Shown: positions 38,720 to 51,789 of the stretch, in pieces
Layout: each line of letters starts with the position of its first letter
Position numbering within the stretch: position 1 is the stretch's first letter
Assembly: GCA_951406725.2 (NCBI GenBank)
Contig: OX597835.1
Coordinates: forward strand, 41,726,001 to 41,790,000
Origin: Octopus vulgaris
Taxonomy: Eukaryota
Reading direction: 5' to 3'
Length of the DNA stretch: 64,000 nucleotides
Notes under the pieces: model-generated
What the model saw: only the letters and a program-made list of their open reading frames with translations
Told to the model about the DNA's origin: nothing
Databases searched by the model: none
Translations under genes and position numbers: made by a program

Positions 38720-39055
38720 CCCATTAGTGGCAGAAGTCCAAAACGTGGTCCTTTGCTATTCGTAAGACCCGCAGAAGAGAAAGTAGGTCAACCCCGGACA
38801 CCGAGAACATCAACGGATGGACGAATGCGCATCCAGGCTCAGCGGTTACATATGAAGTCAGGGACAAGAAACAGGGAGACAGTGAGAGAAAGTTGGAGCA
38901 AAAGAATACAACAGGGGTCGCCACCACCCCCTGCCGGAGCCTTGTGGGGCTTTAGGCGTTTTCGCTCAATAAACACAAAGCCTGGTCTGGGAATCGAAAC
39001 TGTGATCATCTGACTACAAGTCCGCTGCCCTAACCACCGGGCCATTGCGCCTCCA
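38720..39055 (-). mobile_element. tRNA-derived SINE (third family); related pieces at ~39300-39545, 35100-35320, 36075-36285, 41590-41880
   Basis: Minus-strand head ggaggcgcaatggcccggtggttagggcagcggac...gtttcgattccc contains Pol III A and B boxes. Confidence 0.75.
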
Positions 39056-40291
39056 CTGCTGCTGCTGCCTCCAATCAGGACTCTTGCCATTAGTCACAAA
39101 GAATAAATCTCTAATTCGAGCCTCCTCTAAGCTACTAAGAACGCGTGTGGCAACTTGAAGATCCACCCACCACACGCGATAGACTGGCAGTTGCACGGGC
39201 GCAAAAGCTACGTTGTTATCCTCATTCCGTAAATGGTGGCTTTTAACGGGTGGAGACCTGAACCATCCTGGGGTACAGAGGATTCGCAATCTAGACTAGG
39301 GTCTGAAAGTTTACCACACCATAGTGGGTTACACCATGGTTCCTCTGCTTTGTGGCAGAAGTAGGAAGACAGTGAGAGAAAATTGTGGTGAAAGAATACA
39401 GCGGGGTTCACCATCGTCCCCTGCCGGAGCCTCGTGGAGTTTAGGTGTTATTGCTGAAACACTCACAATGCCGGTCTGGGAATCAAAACTGCATTTTTAC
39501 AACTGCAAGTCCACTGCCCTAACCACTGGGCTATTGCGCCTCCACTTCTGCTGCTGCAGAAGAGCAGTAACACACACACTTCATCTCTCTTTTGTTCTGC
39601 CAAATGTCACTCTCCTTGGAACCTTTTGCAAGCCATCCTGCATTCTCAATATCATCCCTTACAACTTTTTCTATTTCCCACTAAACACCCCCTCATATCT
39701 GCTATCACTATCTCCCCTTCTGCCCTGACCCACTCCTATTTTCTTCACTTTCACCCCCCAGATTAAGAAATCATGCCTTCACACATGTTCACCATTCACT
39801 TCTATCATCTCTAGCCATCTGTCGCTCTCCTTTCGTACTCTTACAAACCTTTCCCTTAACCTTCTTAGTCCTCTCTGTCCCTATGTTCTGCTTGCAAGGG
39901 TTGGACACAATTTATTAAAGTAGACTTTCTACATGCCAACACAACCTTGCACACACACCACATAAAAAGCACTCTGTCCACTCTATATAAGACAGTTGGT
40001 GTTTAGAAGGGCATCCAACAATAAAAATCCTGCCAAAACAGACAGTAAAGCCTTTTTTGGAAACAGGTGAGGGTTGGCAGCAGGAAGTGCATCCAACTGT
40101 AGAAAATCTGCCTCAACTAATTCTGTCTGATCCATGCATTGACCCATGCATGCATGAAAAAGCAGATATGGAAACTATATTGTGTTCACACGTGAGGAGT
40201 ATGTATGTGCATGTGTATATATACATACGCACGTGTGTGTGTGTGTATATGTATGTGTGCGTGTATATATATATATATATATGTATATAGC

Positions 40292-40419
40292 AGAGGAAAA
40301 TTATAATAAAGCAGAATGCTAAATTGAAAATAAATTTTAATAAAAATGGGTGTATGGAAAATAAATTTATTAAAATTTACTTTCACTTTAGCATTCTGCT
40401 TTATTATAATTTTTCCTCT
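40292..40419. repeat. AT-rich inverted repeat (~52 bp arms)
   Basis: agaggaaaattataataaagcagaatgctaaa... pairs with ...tttagcattctgctttattataatttttcctct. Confidence 0.85.
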
Positions 40420-40537
40420 CCTATCATTTCTCCACATGTGGTCAACACAACCCCACCATTTACTGATTTATATATATATATATATATATATATACTTACG
40501 TATAGGACCAAAAGGGGTACGTCACCGCTTAATATAT

Positions 40538-40731
40538 ATGTAGAAAAATACAAACTGGGACAAGAACGTGAAACATTTAGAAGACGATACAAAAAACACG
40601 GACGGGACATTCGAAGCCTTTAATCTTTAGTCAAGAACCAGAAGATTGAAGGCTTCGAATGTCCCGTCCATGTTTTTTGTATCGTCTTCTAAATGTTTCA
40701 CGTACTTGTCTCAGTTTGTATTTTTTTACAT
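40538..40731. mobile_element. Fold-back element (~90 bp arms), probably Penelope-pLTR-derived
   Basis: Near-perfect inverted arms around the loop tagtcaagaaccag; degenerate CTGAAGA...cGAA motif at the hinge. Confidence 0.65.
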
Positions 40732-40803
40732 TTACGCATATATATATATAACACACATACGTGTATTTGTGCACGTGTTTTTCAATATGTGTAATTGACT
40801 TAC

Positions 40804-40943
40804 CTCAACTAACCATTGTCGTAGACAGTCATGGTGCACAGCAGACATGTCCCCTTTACATTTGCAGGCTTGAATGAGAGGTCCACAGCTGACATTCTCT
40901 GGGTCATAACATATCCAACACAAGAGGTTCTGATCATCAACTA
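40804..40943 (-). CDS. Membrane RING-CH E3 ligase gene, RING-CH exon (CWICYD...CKCKGDMSAVHHDCLRQWLVE)
   Basis: Canonical RINGv signature CxxC...CxCxG...HxxCLxxW; tttgcag acceptor, gtaagt donor; 140 nt, phase 1 to 0. Confidence 0.95.
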
Positions 40944-42139
40944 CTGCAAATATATCATAAAAAGAAAAACAACAACACATCAGTATTAATTTGGTTTTTA
41001 GATTTCATTCTCTTTGTAATTTTGTTTGTTTCTAACCCAATGTGAGATGTTGCTCTCATCAAATACAAAACACACACATTATCAGAAATGTACAGAGGAC
41101 AAAACCTTGCTGGACACCTATCTCTAGACCAAACTGGAGTTTTTTAGCATCCATATTTGTATGATTTGTCTGCCTTAAGATAACCTTTTTTTAGTGTCTA
41201 CAATAGTATAAAAAAAAGTGTTAATCTCTTTAGGCACAAGGCCAGAAATTTTGAGGAATTACTTAATACCATTGGTTACTGTACTTGGATGGTATTTTAT
41301 TTCATGAAAGGCAGTGAGCTGGCAGAATCGTTAGCACGCTGGGTGAAATGCTTAGTAGTATTTCGTCTGCTGTTATGTTCTGAGTTCAAATTCTGCTGAG
41401 GTTGACTTTGCCTTTCATCCTTTCGGGGGTCGATAAATTAAGTACCAGTTATGCACTGGGGTCGATATGGTCGACTTAATCCATCTGTCTGTCCTTGTTT
41501 GTCTCCTCTGTGCTTAGCCCCTTGTGGGTAGTAAAGAAATAGGTATTTTATTTCATCAATCCAAGAGGAATAGCTGGGCACAGTTATAACAACGAGGGTT
41601 CCAGTTGATCCAATCAACCGAACAGCCTGCTTGTAAAATTAACATGCAAGTGACTGAGCACCCCATAGACACACATATCCACCCGTTAAGGGTAGGTTCC
41701 AGCAAGATTCAGTAGGATACAGAATGTGACAAGGTTGGCCCTTTGAAATATAAGTGTTACCTATTTTTGCCAGTTGAGTGGACTGGAATAAATGAAATAA
41801 AGTGTCTTGCACTGCTGGGAATCAAACTTGTGACCCTATGATCATGAGCTGAAAACCCAAGCCACTAAGCCATATACCTTTACCCCAGAGGAATGATAAG
41901 CAGATATCACCTCAGCAGGATTTGAACTCAGTGTTGGTAAAAATGCTTTGTTGCATTCGTTCCAGGTCTTTACATTCTGTTCTTCGGAAAATTAATGGTT
42001 TTATATGTTGACACAAGGTCAGCAATTTGGAGGTGATGGTCATGGTAGTTGATTACATCAACCCCAGGACTTGACAGGTACTTTATTTTATTGACTTTGA
42101 AGGACAAAGTTGACCACAACAGAATTTGAATCTCAATCT

Positions 42140-43370
42140 TCAGCCCCCCTCTTATTCATCATAGTCTTCCAGGTAATGATAGAGGAATTCAAGGCAGGCT
42201 GCCCCTAGGAACTCCTCTGTGCTGATAACCTTGCTCTAATAGCTGAGTTATTACCAGAACTAGAGAAGTTTCAGGTGTGGAAGCAAGGTCTAGAATCGAA
42301 AGGCCTTAGAGTCAATCTAGCAAAAACTGAAGTTTTAGTAAGTAGAAAGGCAGACAAATCACAAATCCCTTCAAGTAGATGGCCCTGCTCAATCTGTAGA
42401 AAAGGCATAGGTAGAAACTCCATAAGATGTACTCAATTCAAGCTATGGACATGTAAGAGATGCAGCAATATCAAAGGAAGGTTAACTGGGAAGATAGTTT
42501 TTGTGTGTGCTAGATGCTCGAGAGCAATAAACACCGAAGATGTACAGAAAATAGATTCTATCACATGCCAAGGAAAAAACTAGAAGTAGTTGATAGCTTC
42601 CGTTACCTAGGTGACCAAGTCAGTAGTGGGGGTGGATGCTCTGAGAGTGTAGCTGCTAGAATAAGAATAGGCTGGGCAAAGTACAGAGAACTCCTACCTC
42701 TGCTGGCAAAAAAGGGCCTCTCTCCCTCAGAATGAAAGGCAGATTATATGATGCCTGTGTGTGAACAGCCTTGCTACATGGCAGTGAAACATGGGCTGTG
42801 AGTGCTGAGGACATGCATAGGCTTGAGAGAAATGAAGTCGGTATACTCTGCTGGATGTGTAATGTCTGTGTGCATACAAGAGTGTGTAAGCGCCTGGAGA
42901 GAACAGCTGGACATAAGAGGCATTAGATGTGGTGTACAAGAAAGATGACTGCACTGGTATGGTCATGTATTATATATGGATGAGGACAGCTGTGTAAAGA
43001 AGTATCACACCCTAACAGTGGAAGGAACCTGTGGAAGAGATAGATCCAGGAAGACTTGGGACAAGATAGTGAAGCACAACCATTGAAGCAATGGCAGCGA
43101 CCAAGACCTTTGGAGATATACTGTGCTTGAGAAGACCCAGCAAGCCAAGTGAGATCGTTGCCATGGCCCATTTAAAAGTACCCTTCAATTGTCAGGCAAT
43201 TGAGAAGACCCGTTGAGCCAAGTGAAATTGTAGTCGTGCCACCTGATTGGCATGTAAAAAGTACCATTCAAGGGTGGCCGATGCCAGTGCTGCCTAACGG
43301 GCTTCCATTCCAGCGGCATGTAAAAAGGCATTATTCGAGCATGGCTGATGCCAGTGCTGCCTGACTGAAA
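42140..43370 (+). mobile_element. RTE LINE, RT C-terminal half and 3' UTR (degenerate)
   Basis: WKQGLESKGLRVNLAKT, WPCSICRKG, VVDSFRYLGD, LHGSETW, LHWYGHV. Confidence 0.9.
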
Positions 43371-43538
43371 AAAATGAGCTAGGAAAAATGTTACTAACAC
43401 ACACTAACAATTAGTTCTTTGTAAAGGCAGCAAGCTAGCAGAATTCATGCAACACATTTAGATCAGTTCTGTATTATTACTCAGAAATATTAAATTTCTA
43501 AATATCTCATAGAGATATGTACGGTGGTGGGGCGATAG

Positions 43539-43760
43539 AATGGTTGTATTCTGTCAATCTAACGTGACAGTAGGGGATTACACCACCGCTGTTTAGCCCT
43601 AGGAAGCATCGACGCTTCCTGTCGGCTTCGATACATTTCCTGTGTCCTTATATATTTACGAAGGGGAGACAAATACCCACAACAGCTCAGACCTTCCTAG
43701 GGCTAAACAGCGGTGGTGTAATCCCCTACTGTCACGTTAAATTGACAGAATACAACCATT
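43539..43760. mobile_element. Fold-back element (68 bp arms), related to 11848-12182 and 55138-55464
   Basis: Arms 43539-43606 and 43693-43760; the spacer motif ctgtgtcctta...aagggga aligns with the other two elements. Confidence 0.75.
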
Positions 43761-43918
43761 GTATTATAACTGTCATTGAGGAATTGTCCTTTTAAAAACA
43801 ATAGGAAAAATGAAATGTAACAAGATGTTACTCTACCTCCTCCAACACAAAAATTAAGTGTGTATGTGTGTGTGTGTTTATGTATGTGTGTGTGTGTACA
43901 TAAAATCTTCAAACTTAC

Positions 43919-44049
43919 CAGAATTGTTTTTGGAGGCTTCTGTGCCTTCCTGTTGTTTGGTAGCAATGTTTAAGCTGGTTCTCAAACTTTTACCGCGGTC
44001 AAATGAAAGGAAAATCTTTTTTGGATTTAAAACCCATAATTCTTCAGGA
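43919..44049 (-). CDS. Membrane RING-CH E3 ligase gene, exon PEELWVLNPKKIF...SKNNS
   Basis: ctacacag acceptor, gtaagt donor; 131 nt, phase 2 to 1, joining both flanking exons in frame. Confidence 0.88.
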
Positions 44050-44206
44050 CTGTGTAGAGATGACCGATGTTGATTTCATGGTGATCGTTATTGAGATGGT
44101 GGTGAAAGTTGTTTGAGTCAGAGGAAAATATTGAGAAAAGAAGAGAGAGAGAGAGATTTGAGTAAAATACATGTTATTTTAATTTATTTTTGCAATATTA
44201 TTATAG

Positions 44207-44384
44207 GTATAGGAGTGGCTGTGTGGTAAGTAGCTTGCTTACGAACCACATGGTTCTGGGTTCAGTTCCACTGTGTGGCACCTTGGGCAAGTGTCTTCTT
44301 CTATAGCCTTGGGCCGACCAAAGCTTTGTGAGTGGATTTGGTAGACAGAAACTGAAAGAAGCCCATCATATATATGTATGTGCA

Positions 44385-44415
<31 letters not shown>

Positions 44416-44640
44416 GCGTGTGTGTGTGTGCATACGTTTGTGTGTCTGTGTTTGTCCCCGCAACACATCATTTGACAACCAATGCTGGTGTGTCTACGTC
44501 CCCGTAACTTAACGGTTCAACAAAAGAGACCGGTAGAATAAGTACCAGGCTTACAAAGAATAGGTCTTGGGGTCGATTTCCTCGACTAAAAGCGATGCTC
44601 CAGCATGGCCACAGTCAAATGACTGAAAAAAGTAAAGAGT
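44207..44640 (+). mobile_element. tRNA/CORE-like SINE; further copies at ~45243-45655(-), 47205-47560(+), 48140-48560(+), 50180-50583(-), 37920-38105(-), 54275-54585(+), 61840-62260(+)
   Basis: Head ggctgtgtggtaagtagcttgctt...gggttcagtcccactg.gtggcaccttgggcaagt, internal (TA)/(TG) tract, tail aagtaaaagagtaaagagt. Confidence 0.85.
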
Positions 44641-47600
44641 AAGAGTATTATAATTTGAAATGGTGTAAAGTATTGCTGTGCTTGTATTTAAAGTTTAAGA
44701 ATTCTTGAGAACAGCTTAAGAAAGGAAATTGACAGTTTAGCAATGTGTTGGTCATCATCCTTGTTTTAATGTTCACTTTTCCATGCTTGCATGGGTCAGA
44801 TGAAATTCATCGAGGCAGATTTTATACAACTGGATGCCCTTCCTTTCATCAAAGAAGGGTACCCAGTTGCTTAAACCTTTTTCCAAGCAAGGTAATATTT
44901 TCCCCTTGACTGGAGATGTTTTCACAGAAGGTTAGAAATGAATGATATCACTTGTATAATGGTGATATTTGTTTTATAAGCATCATGGATGTCAAAAAAA
45001 GGGGGTCACACACACACATATGTATATACAATGGGCTTCTTTTAGTTTTCCAGCAAACAAATCCACTCACAAAGCTTTTGGTTAGCTGAAGGAGACACTT
45101 ATAATAGGGGACACTTGCTCAAAGTGCCATGCAGTAGGACTGAACCTAGAACCATGTGGTTGGGAAGCAAACTTCTTAACCACATAGCTATGCTTGTGTA
45201 AATAAAAAAACCAACCCCCAAAAATCCCAGTTAATATGGCATACTCTCTTTCTCTTTTACTTGTTTCAGTCATTTGACTGCAGCCATGCTGGAGCACCAC
45301 CTTTTTAGTCGAGCAAATTGACCCCAGAACTTATTCTTTATAAGCCTAGTACTTATCCTATCTGTCTCTTTTGCCGAACCACTAAGTAACGGGGACGTAA
45401 ACACACCAGCATCGGTTGTCAAGCAATGCTAGGGGGACAAACATAGACACACAAACACACATACACACACATATACATATATACATATATACGACAGGCT
45501 TGTTTCAGTTTCCGTCTACCAAATCCACTCACAAGGCATTGGTCGGCCCGAGGCTATAGCAGAAGACACTTGCCCAAGATGCCATGCAGTGGGACTGAAC
45601 TCGGAACCATGTGGTTGGTAAGCAAGCTACTTACCACACAGCTACTCCTGCGCCTATGTACATAAAAAAAAAAAAACTATGTATGACAGTGAATAGCAAA
45701 AGTACAATTATTGCAGATGACTGAATAAAATAAAATGTGATTAATATACAAAGCTAACTTACAAAGCCTGTTGAAACATTGGTAAGAAATCCGTAAGTTG
45801 TAGAATGATTAAATGAGGAAGGAATTGGCTACAGCAGCCAATATACAAGTTTAATTTCCAAGAAAGACTGATGACAATAAGCAGAAGAAGTGGCTGACCA
45901 TGAAGAATATGGCAGATACAGGCAAAAAGAAATGGTTTATGTTGATGTGAAATAATGTGAATGTATGTTATTTCAACCCTTTGAGCAAACTTAAGATAAA
46001 AAGGTGATGTAACTGTTATTTCTAGCAGAATGAGCAACCATGTAGAGGCTCTAATTCGCTTGATATATTCACAAATGTTGTGTGTACTTCATGTGTATAA
46101 TACAAGTGTATATGTGTGCATATAAACATGCATGTTTTTTAGAAATGTATATATCTATGCTTGAATGCACATTGCCAAATGTATATGTTTTTTTTTTTTT
46201 GTTTTATAAAGACGGTAAGGTGTGATCATCTGATGGAGATTTGGCTGCTATTACAATCAGATCAAGCCACTGCATTGAAACTGTTTAAGTTAGCTCAGTT
46301 CATACTAAACATTGCTGGCAACGGTGGAAGACGCTTTTGAATTGAAGTAAATGAAGGTTGACCTAAAAAGCAACTGTTGAGTCAGACCCGACACTCCTGA
46401 ACTTGAGTGAACAGAGACAACAATGAGTGGAGAAACACAAAAAAAAACAACTCATCATATTAATGAATTGTAGAAATGAATGGAAGGGGAGGAGAAGGGG
46501 CAGAGTTTAGATTAATGTTAATGTAAACAAGACTGTTGTTATATATTTGTAATCTTCAACAGATTTCGCCCTTCCCACTGCCTCTGCTCTGAGGCAGGCT
46601 TCCATATTATATATTCTGTTTTCCTTGTGTTAAGGAATGCATGAATGTTCAGGAGGAGTAGAAAATGTCTGGTTCAGCTTACATATGTTTGTGTTTTTAA
46701 ATCTGATAAAGAAGATTAAAGATTTAAAAGTCGTTTAATAGGTTTCGGCTTTGAAGCTATGGTATTTTGTTTGTCGTTTTTCTTTTCACCAGTGATGGGC
46801 ATGCATGAGATATCACGCATTTGTGTGTGAGTGTTTTGCATTTGTTTGGGGTTAGGTTTTTATTATGTCTTTTTGTAAGACAGACAGACAGACACGGATT
46901 GACGGAGCAGTGTGTGAGGGGATGATCGATATTTTACAGGATTAAAACAACACAATATTAACAAGGTTTTAAGGTTCATCGGAATGTGAGAAACCAAATG
47001 CTATTAAAGCTGATTATCTCAAGTATCTATTGCTGTGCAGACCCAATTTAAAAGCAATAATAACTCTATCACATAATCACCATTAATGAGGTGAGTTTAT
47101 TTATTAAAATCCTTCATAATCCCACCCAACTCCTAATATAAAGCATGTCACCCCAGAAAGCTCTTACACAGGATTGCTTTAAATATTTGTTAAATAGGTA
47201 CAGCCATGGCTGTGTGGTTAAAAGCTCACTTTGCAGCCAAATGGTTTTGGGTTCAATCCCACTGCATAGCACAGTGGGCAAGTGTTTTCTATAACCCCAG
47301 ACTAATTAATACCGTGTGAGTGGATTTGGTAGACAGAAACAGTGTAGAAGCCCACTGTGTGTGTGTGTGTGTGTGTTGACAACTGGTGTTGGTTTGTTTG
47401 CATCCCAGTAACTTAGGGATTTGACAAAAGAGACCAACAGAATAAGTGCCAGATTTTTAGAATAAAAATTTTTTTAAAAGTACTGGGATAAATTTGACCA
47501 AACCCTTCAAGGAGGTGCCCCAGCATGGCCGCAGTCCAATGAATGAAACAAATGTAAAAAATAATAAAATGTCAAGTACTTTCCCCTCTGACTACTATCA

Positions 47601-48285
47601 GTAAAGAGCTGTATTCTCATTGACAATTTCTACCCCTTTTTTGTGGTGGTGGTGGTGGGGGGGATAGTTTTACAGGTTTTCTCTTTGTTTAGGCATGAAT
47701 TCATGCATGTATGGTCCAGTCATTCAATTGTAGCCATGCTGGAGCACCACCTTTGAAAATTTTCATCAATCCTATCAGGTATCAAACTGAAATAAGCACT
47801 GATGTTGTTTTGTTTGTTGAATACCTAAGTAATTGTTTCTTTATTACCCACAAGGGACTACACATAGAGGGGACAAAGAAGGACAGACAAACGAATTAAG
47901 TCGATTACATCGACCCCAGTGCATAACTGGTACTTAATTTATCGACCCCAAAAGGATGAAAGGTGAGTCAACCTCGGCAGAATTTGAACTCAGAACGTAG
48001 CGACGGGCGAAATACCGTGAAGCACTTCACCTGGCATGCTAACGTCTCTGCCAGCTTGCCGCCTAAGTAATGGAGAGACACATCAACACCAGTTGTTAAA
48101 CCAGTCAAAACAGAAACATGCACACACGTAGGAGTGGCTACAGGCGTAGGAGTGGCTGTGTGGTAAGTAGCTTGCTTACCAACCACATGGTTCCGGGTTC
48201 AGTCCCACTGCGTGGCACCTTGGGCAAGTGTCTTCTACTATAGCCTTGTGAGTGGATTTGGTAGACGGAAACTGAAAGAAGCCTG

Positions 48286-48335
<50 letters not shown>

Positions 48336-50771
48336 ATCTGTGTATATGTTTGTGTGTCTGCATTTGTCCCTCCCAACATCGCTTGACAACCGATGCTGGT
48401 GTGTTTACGTCCCCATAACTTAGCAGTTCGGCAAAAGAGACCGATAGAATAAGTACTAGGCTTACAAAGAATAAGTCCTGGGGTTGATTTGCTTGACTAA
48501 AGGCGGTGCTCCAGCATGGCCGCAGTCAAATGACTGAAACAAGTAAAAGAGTAAAGAGTACACACATATAAAACTTATTTTCCTGATGCCAAAAGCTCCA
48601 TAAAGAAGAGCTGATCACTCAAAATGGATGGAACACATGAAAGTGGGAGACCCAGGAAGACGTGTGATGGAGTACTGAAGAATGATCTTTCAGGTGAGAT
48701 GACAAATGACCAAGATACCTTGCACCTGGTCATACTCAAGATGACCTGTACCCTGCAAGTGTTAAGACCAATCCTTCTGGTTGTGTAAAGCACTCATGGT
48801 GGTGCTATGTAAAAGCACTTGCTATGCTCTGTAAAGTGGTTGGCATTAGGAAGGCCATCCAGCTGTAGAAACCATGCCAAATCAGACTGGAGTCAGGTGT
48901 TCCCCCCCCCTCCCAGCTTGCCAACTCTGGTCGCACTGTCCAACCCATGCCAGCATGGACAATGGATGTTAAATGATGATGATGATCAGTGTCACCATTA
49001 TGCAAGTGGTGTCAATCATTTCCAATCTTCTGTGGAAATATCTCCAGCCATTGGGAGATACCAACTCGCTTTGATACAGGTGAGGGTTGGCAACAGGAAG
49101 GGTTCCCAGCTGTAAAACATGTCTCAACAAATTCCATCCAATAATGGCAAGCGTAAAAAAAAAGTGGACATTATACTTGCCCACAGTGAGATTGAACCCA
49201 AAATCGTATGGGGAAGCAAACTTTGTAACCACACTGCTATGTCTCCTCCATCTTTTGAGGTCCTCTTTTTTTAAAGTGGAGAAGCCAGTCTTTTCTATGT
49301 TGGGAAAAACCAGACTACGCTATGTTGATTAGTTGTGGACAGTAACAGGATACAGAACGGCAACAGGATAGAAACTGCTCGTGTACATGCCATATTAAAT
49401 GGGGGTTTTTTGGGGTTGTTTTTTTTTACACAAGCATAGCTATGTGGTTAAGAAGTGTGCTTCCCAACCACATGGCTTTAGGTTCAGTCCTACTGCATGG
49501 CACTTTGAGCAAGTGTCCCTCCCCTATTATAAGTGTCTCCTTCAGCTAACCAAAAGCTTTGTGAGTGGATTTGGTTGCTGGAAAACTAAAAGAAGCCCAT
49601 TGTATATACATATGTATGTGTGACCCCTTGTCTTGACATCTATGATGCTTATAAAACAAATATCACCATTATACAAGGACTCATTGGCTGGTAGGCTGAC
49701 ACCCGGTCCCTCTCTTATATACACATACACACTCACACACATACTTACGCATCACATACTAAGTATCTGCATGCATTAAAAAATCCGTTACCAAGGCAAC
49801 ATAACCTTTTCCCAGCAAAACTAACATGCACAAAACTGTGAACAAATACAAAATCTAAAGTAGTCTTTCAAGAGGGTGGCAGAGGGGTACAACTTAATTC
49901 CAAACAATCTACCTAAGATCAGTGACATCAGCAGTATATATCCTGTTGCGAATTTGCATCCTGTTATTGCACCAATCTATGAAGAGGGCAGCCACTTACC
50001 TTAAGTAGATACTACTCCCTACCGGTAGCTCAATACAGGGATGACTAAAGTAAAGGCGAAAAAATTTCAGCAGAATGGCACCCAGGAGTCATGACCTAGA
50101 TGCAGCCTGGCCCCCTTAGAGTATAATAAGGGCAGAAACTCTTGTTTGATGGGGTGGTTCTTCTCTGAAGACCTTGTAATCTCTTTACTCTTTTTACTCT
50201 CTTTTACTTGTTTCAGTCATTTGACTGTGGCCATGCTGGAGCACCGCCTTTAGTCGAGCAAATCGACCCCAGGACTTATTCTTTCTAAGCCTAGTACTTA
50301 TTCTATCGGTCTCTTTTGCCGAACCACTAAGTTATGGGGACGTAAACACACCAGCATCGGTTGTTAAGTGATGTTGGGGGAGACAAACACAGACACACAC
50401 ACATATATATACATATATACGATGGGCTTCTTTCAGTTTCCATCTACCAAATCCACTCGCAAGGCTTTGATTGGCCCAAGGCTATAGTAAAAGACACTTG
50501 CCCAAGTTGCCACACACTGGGACTGAACCCAGAACCATGTGGTTCGTAAGCAAGCTACTTACCACACAGCCACTCCTGTGCCTAAGGTACAAGTTTCGAG
50601 TAATTATCAGAAAGTTTTTGATTTTTTTCTCCTTTGTCTTCTAAAAGTAATTACCCAACTTTCTAGGCTCTTCTCACAGCTACCCCACATTCAAAAATTA
50701 TACGGTTATTTTTAAAAATTTTCATTCAATAAATAGTAATTTTACATTACATGTACATTAATAGTGAATTA

Positions 50772-51185
50772 GGATCTTTTCGGTTTGAACGGCAGTTTTT
50801 TCTAGCGGTGTCATATGAAATTGTCACCCATAATTATAACCCTAGTATCGATCTATTGCATTTCAATCTATTTTAGGGTTAGGGTTAGGGGGAAAGGTAT
50901 CTTTTTTTTCTTCACAAATGTAAATAAACCCAATCTGTTTCTTAAACGAGGGACATATTCATACGGCACAGAATGTTTTCACCTCATTAGACGTCATTGA
51001 TTGGTTGAAATTGCAGAAATTGAAGAAGAAATAAGAAACAAATATCTTACAAACTATAGAATTTTCTCAATAAAGCCAAGAGAAAAAGATGTTTTATAAA
51101 CACATTCTACCAGTATACGAAGTTTAAAATTTTTTAGTTACCTAGAAATTATTTTTAAAAACTGCCGGTCAAACCGAAAAGATTC
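50772..51185. mobile_element. Non-autonomous DNA transposon (Merlin-like MITE) with 8 bp TSD
   Basis: TIRs ggatcttttcggtttgaacggcagttttt / aaaaactgccggtcaaaccgaaaagattc; TSD gtgaatta on both sides; internal ttagggttagggttaggg. GG start plus 8 bp TSD fits Merlin. Confidence 0.8.
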
Positions 51186-51516
51186 GTGAATTAAAACTTA
51201 AAAGAGAAAGTGAGAGACTTAGCAAATGAAAATGGAATAATACTCTGCAGTGAATGCAATGAATATTCAAATTTGTGATGAATTGGATGCAGTGAATATT
51301 TAAATTTGCAAGAAATTGGAGTTGGAAAAATTCAACGAACTTGAGAAATCAAAATTATAGGAAAAATCTTAGAACATACATTTAGAAAATTATTTCCAGA
51401 CAGTCCAACTCTTTAATAATTGCTTTCAGTTAGTACTTTTAGTAGTTGTTATATACCTAATTAATAAGCAGCTTTCTCCATTATAGTATAGATGCACACA
51501 TCATATATATATATAT

Positions 51517-51739
51517 ACCGGAGTAAGCAGATAAATGTGAAACAAGGTGGAAAAAAGAGTACTCAAATACCAGTGGTAGAGTAATATGCTTTATTTAAAA
51601 GCAGCAGAAATATAACAAAAGCTGTTACTCAGAGTTTCACGTTCGTCGGACAGGAATATGAAACTGTCCGACGAACGGGAACGTAAAACTCTGAGTAACA
51701 GCTTTTGTTATATTTCTGCTGCTTTTAAATAAAACATAT
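51517..51739. mobile_element. Fold-back element with hammerhead motif in both arms (CCGACGA core); Penelope-pLTR-like
   Basis: Arms 51584-51653 and 51664-51739. Minus 51622-51653: ctgt-CCGACGA-acgt-GAAA-ctctga-GTA-acag. Plus 51664-51701: the same with stem II acg/cgt but GAAA changed to AAAA. Confidence 0.7.
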
Positions 51740-51752
51740 ATATATTTATATG

Positions 51753-51789
<37 letters not shown>

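Noticed and set aside
38990-39055. tRNA-like sequence on the minus strand
   Set aside because: It is the Pol III head of a SINE; no complete acceptor stem or cloverleaf.
45763-45828. 66 nt AG...GTAAGT-bounded open segment on the minus strand, possible cassette exon
   Set aside because: It would interrupt the contiguous WNCSSPEELW motif and the acceptor has a weak pyrimidine tract; needs RNA-seq.
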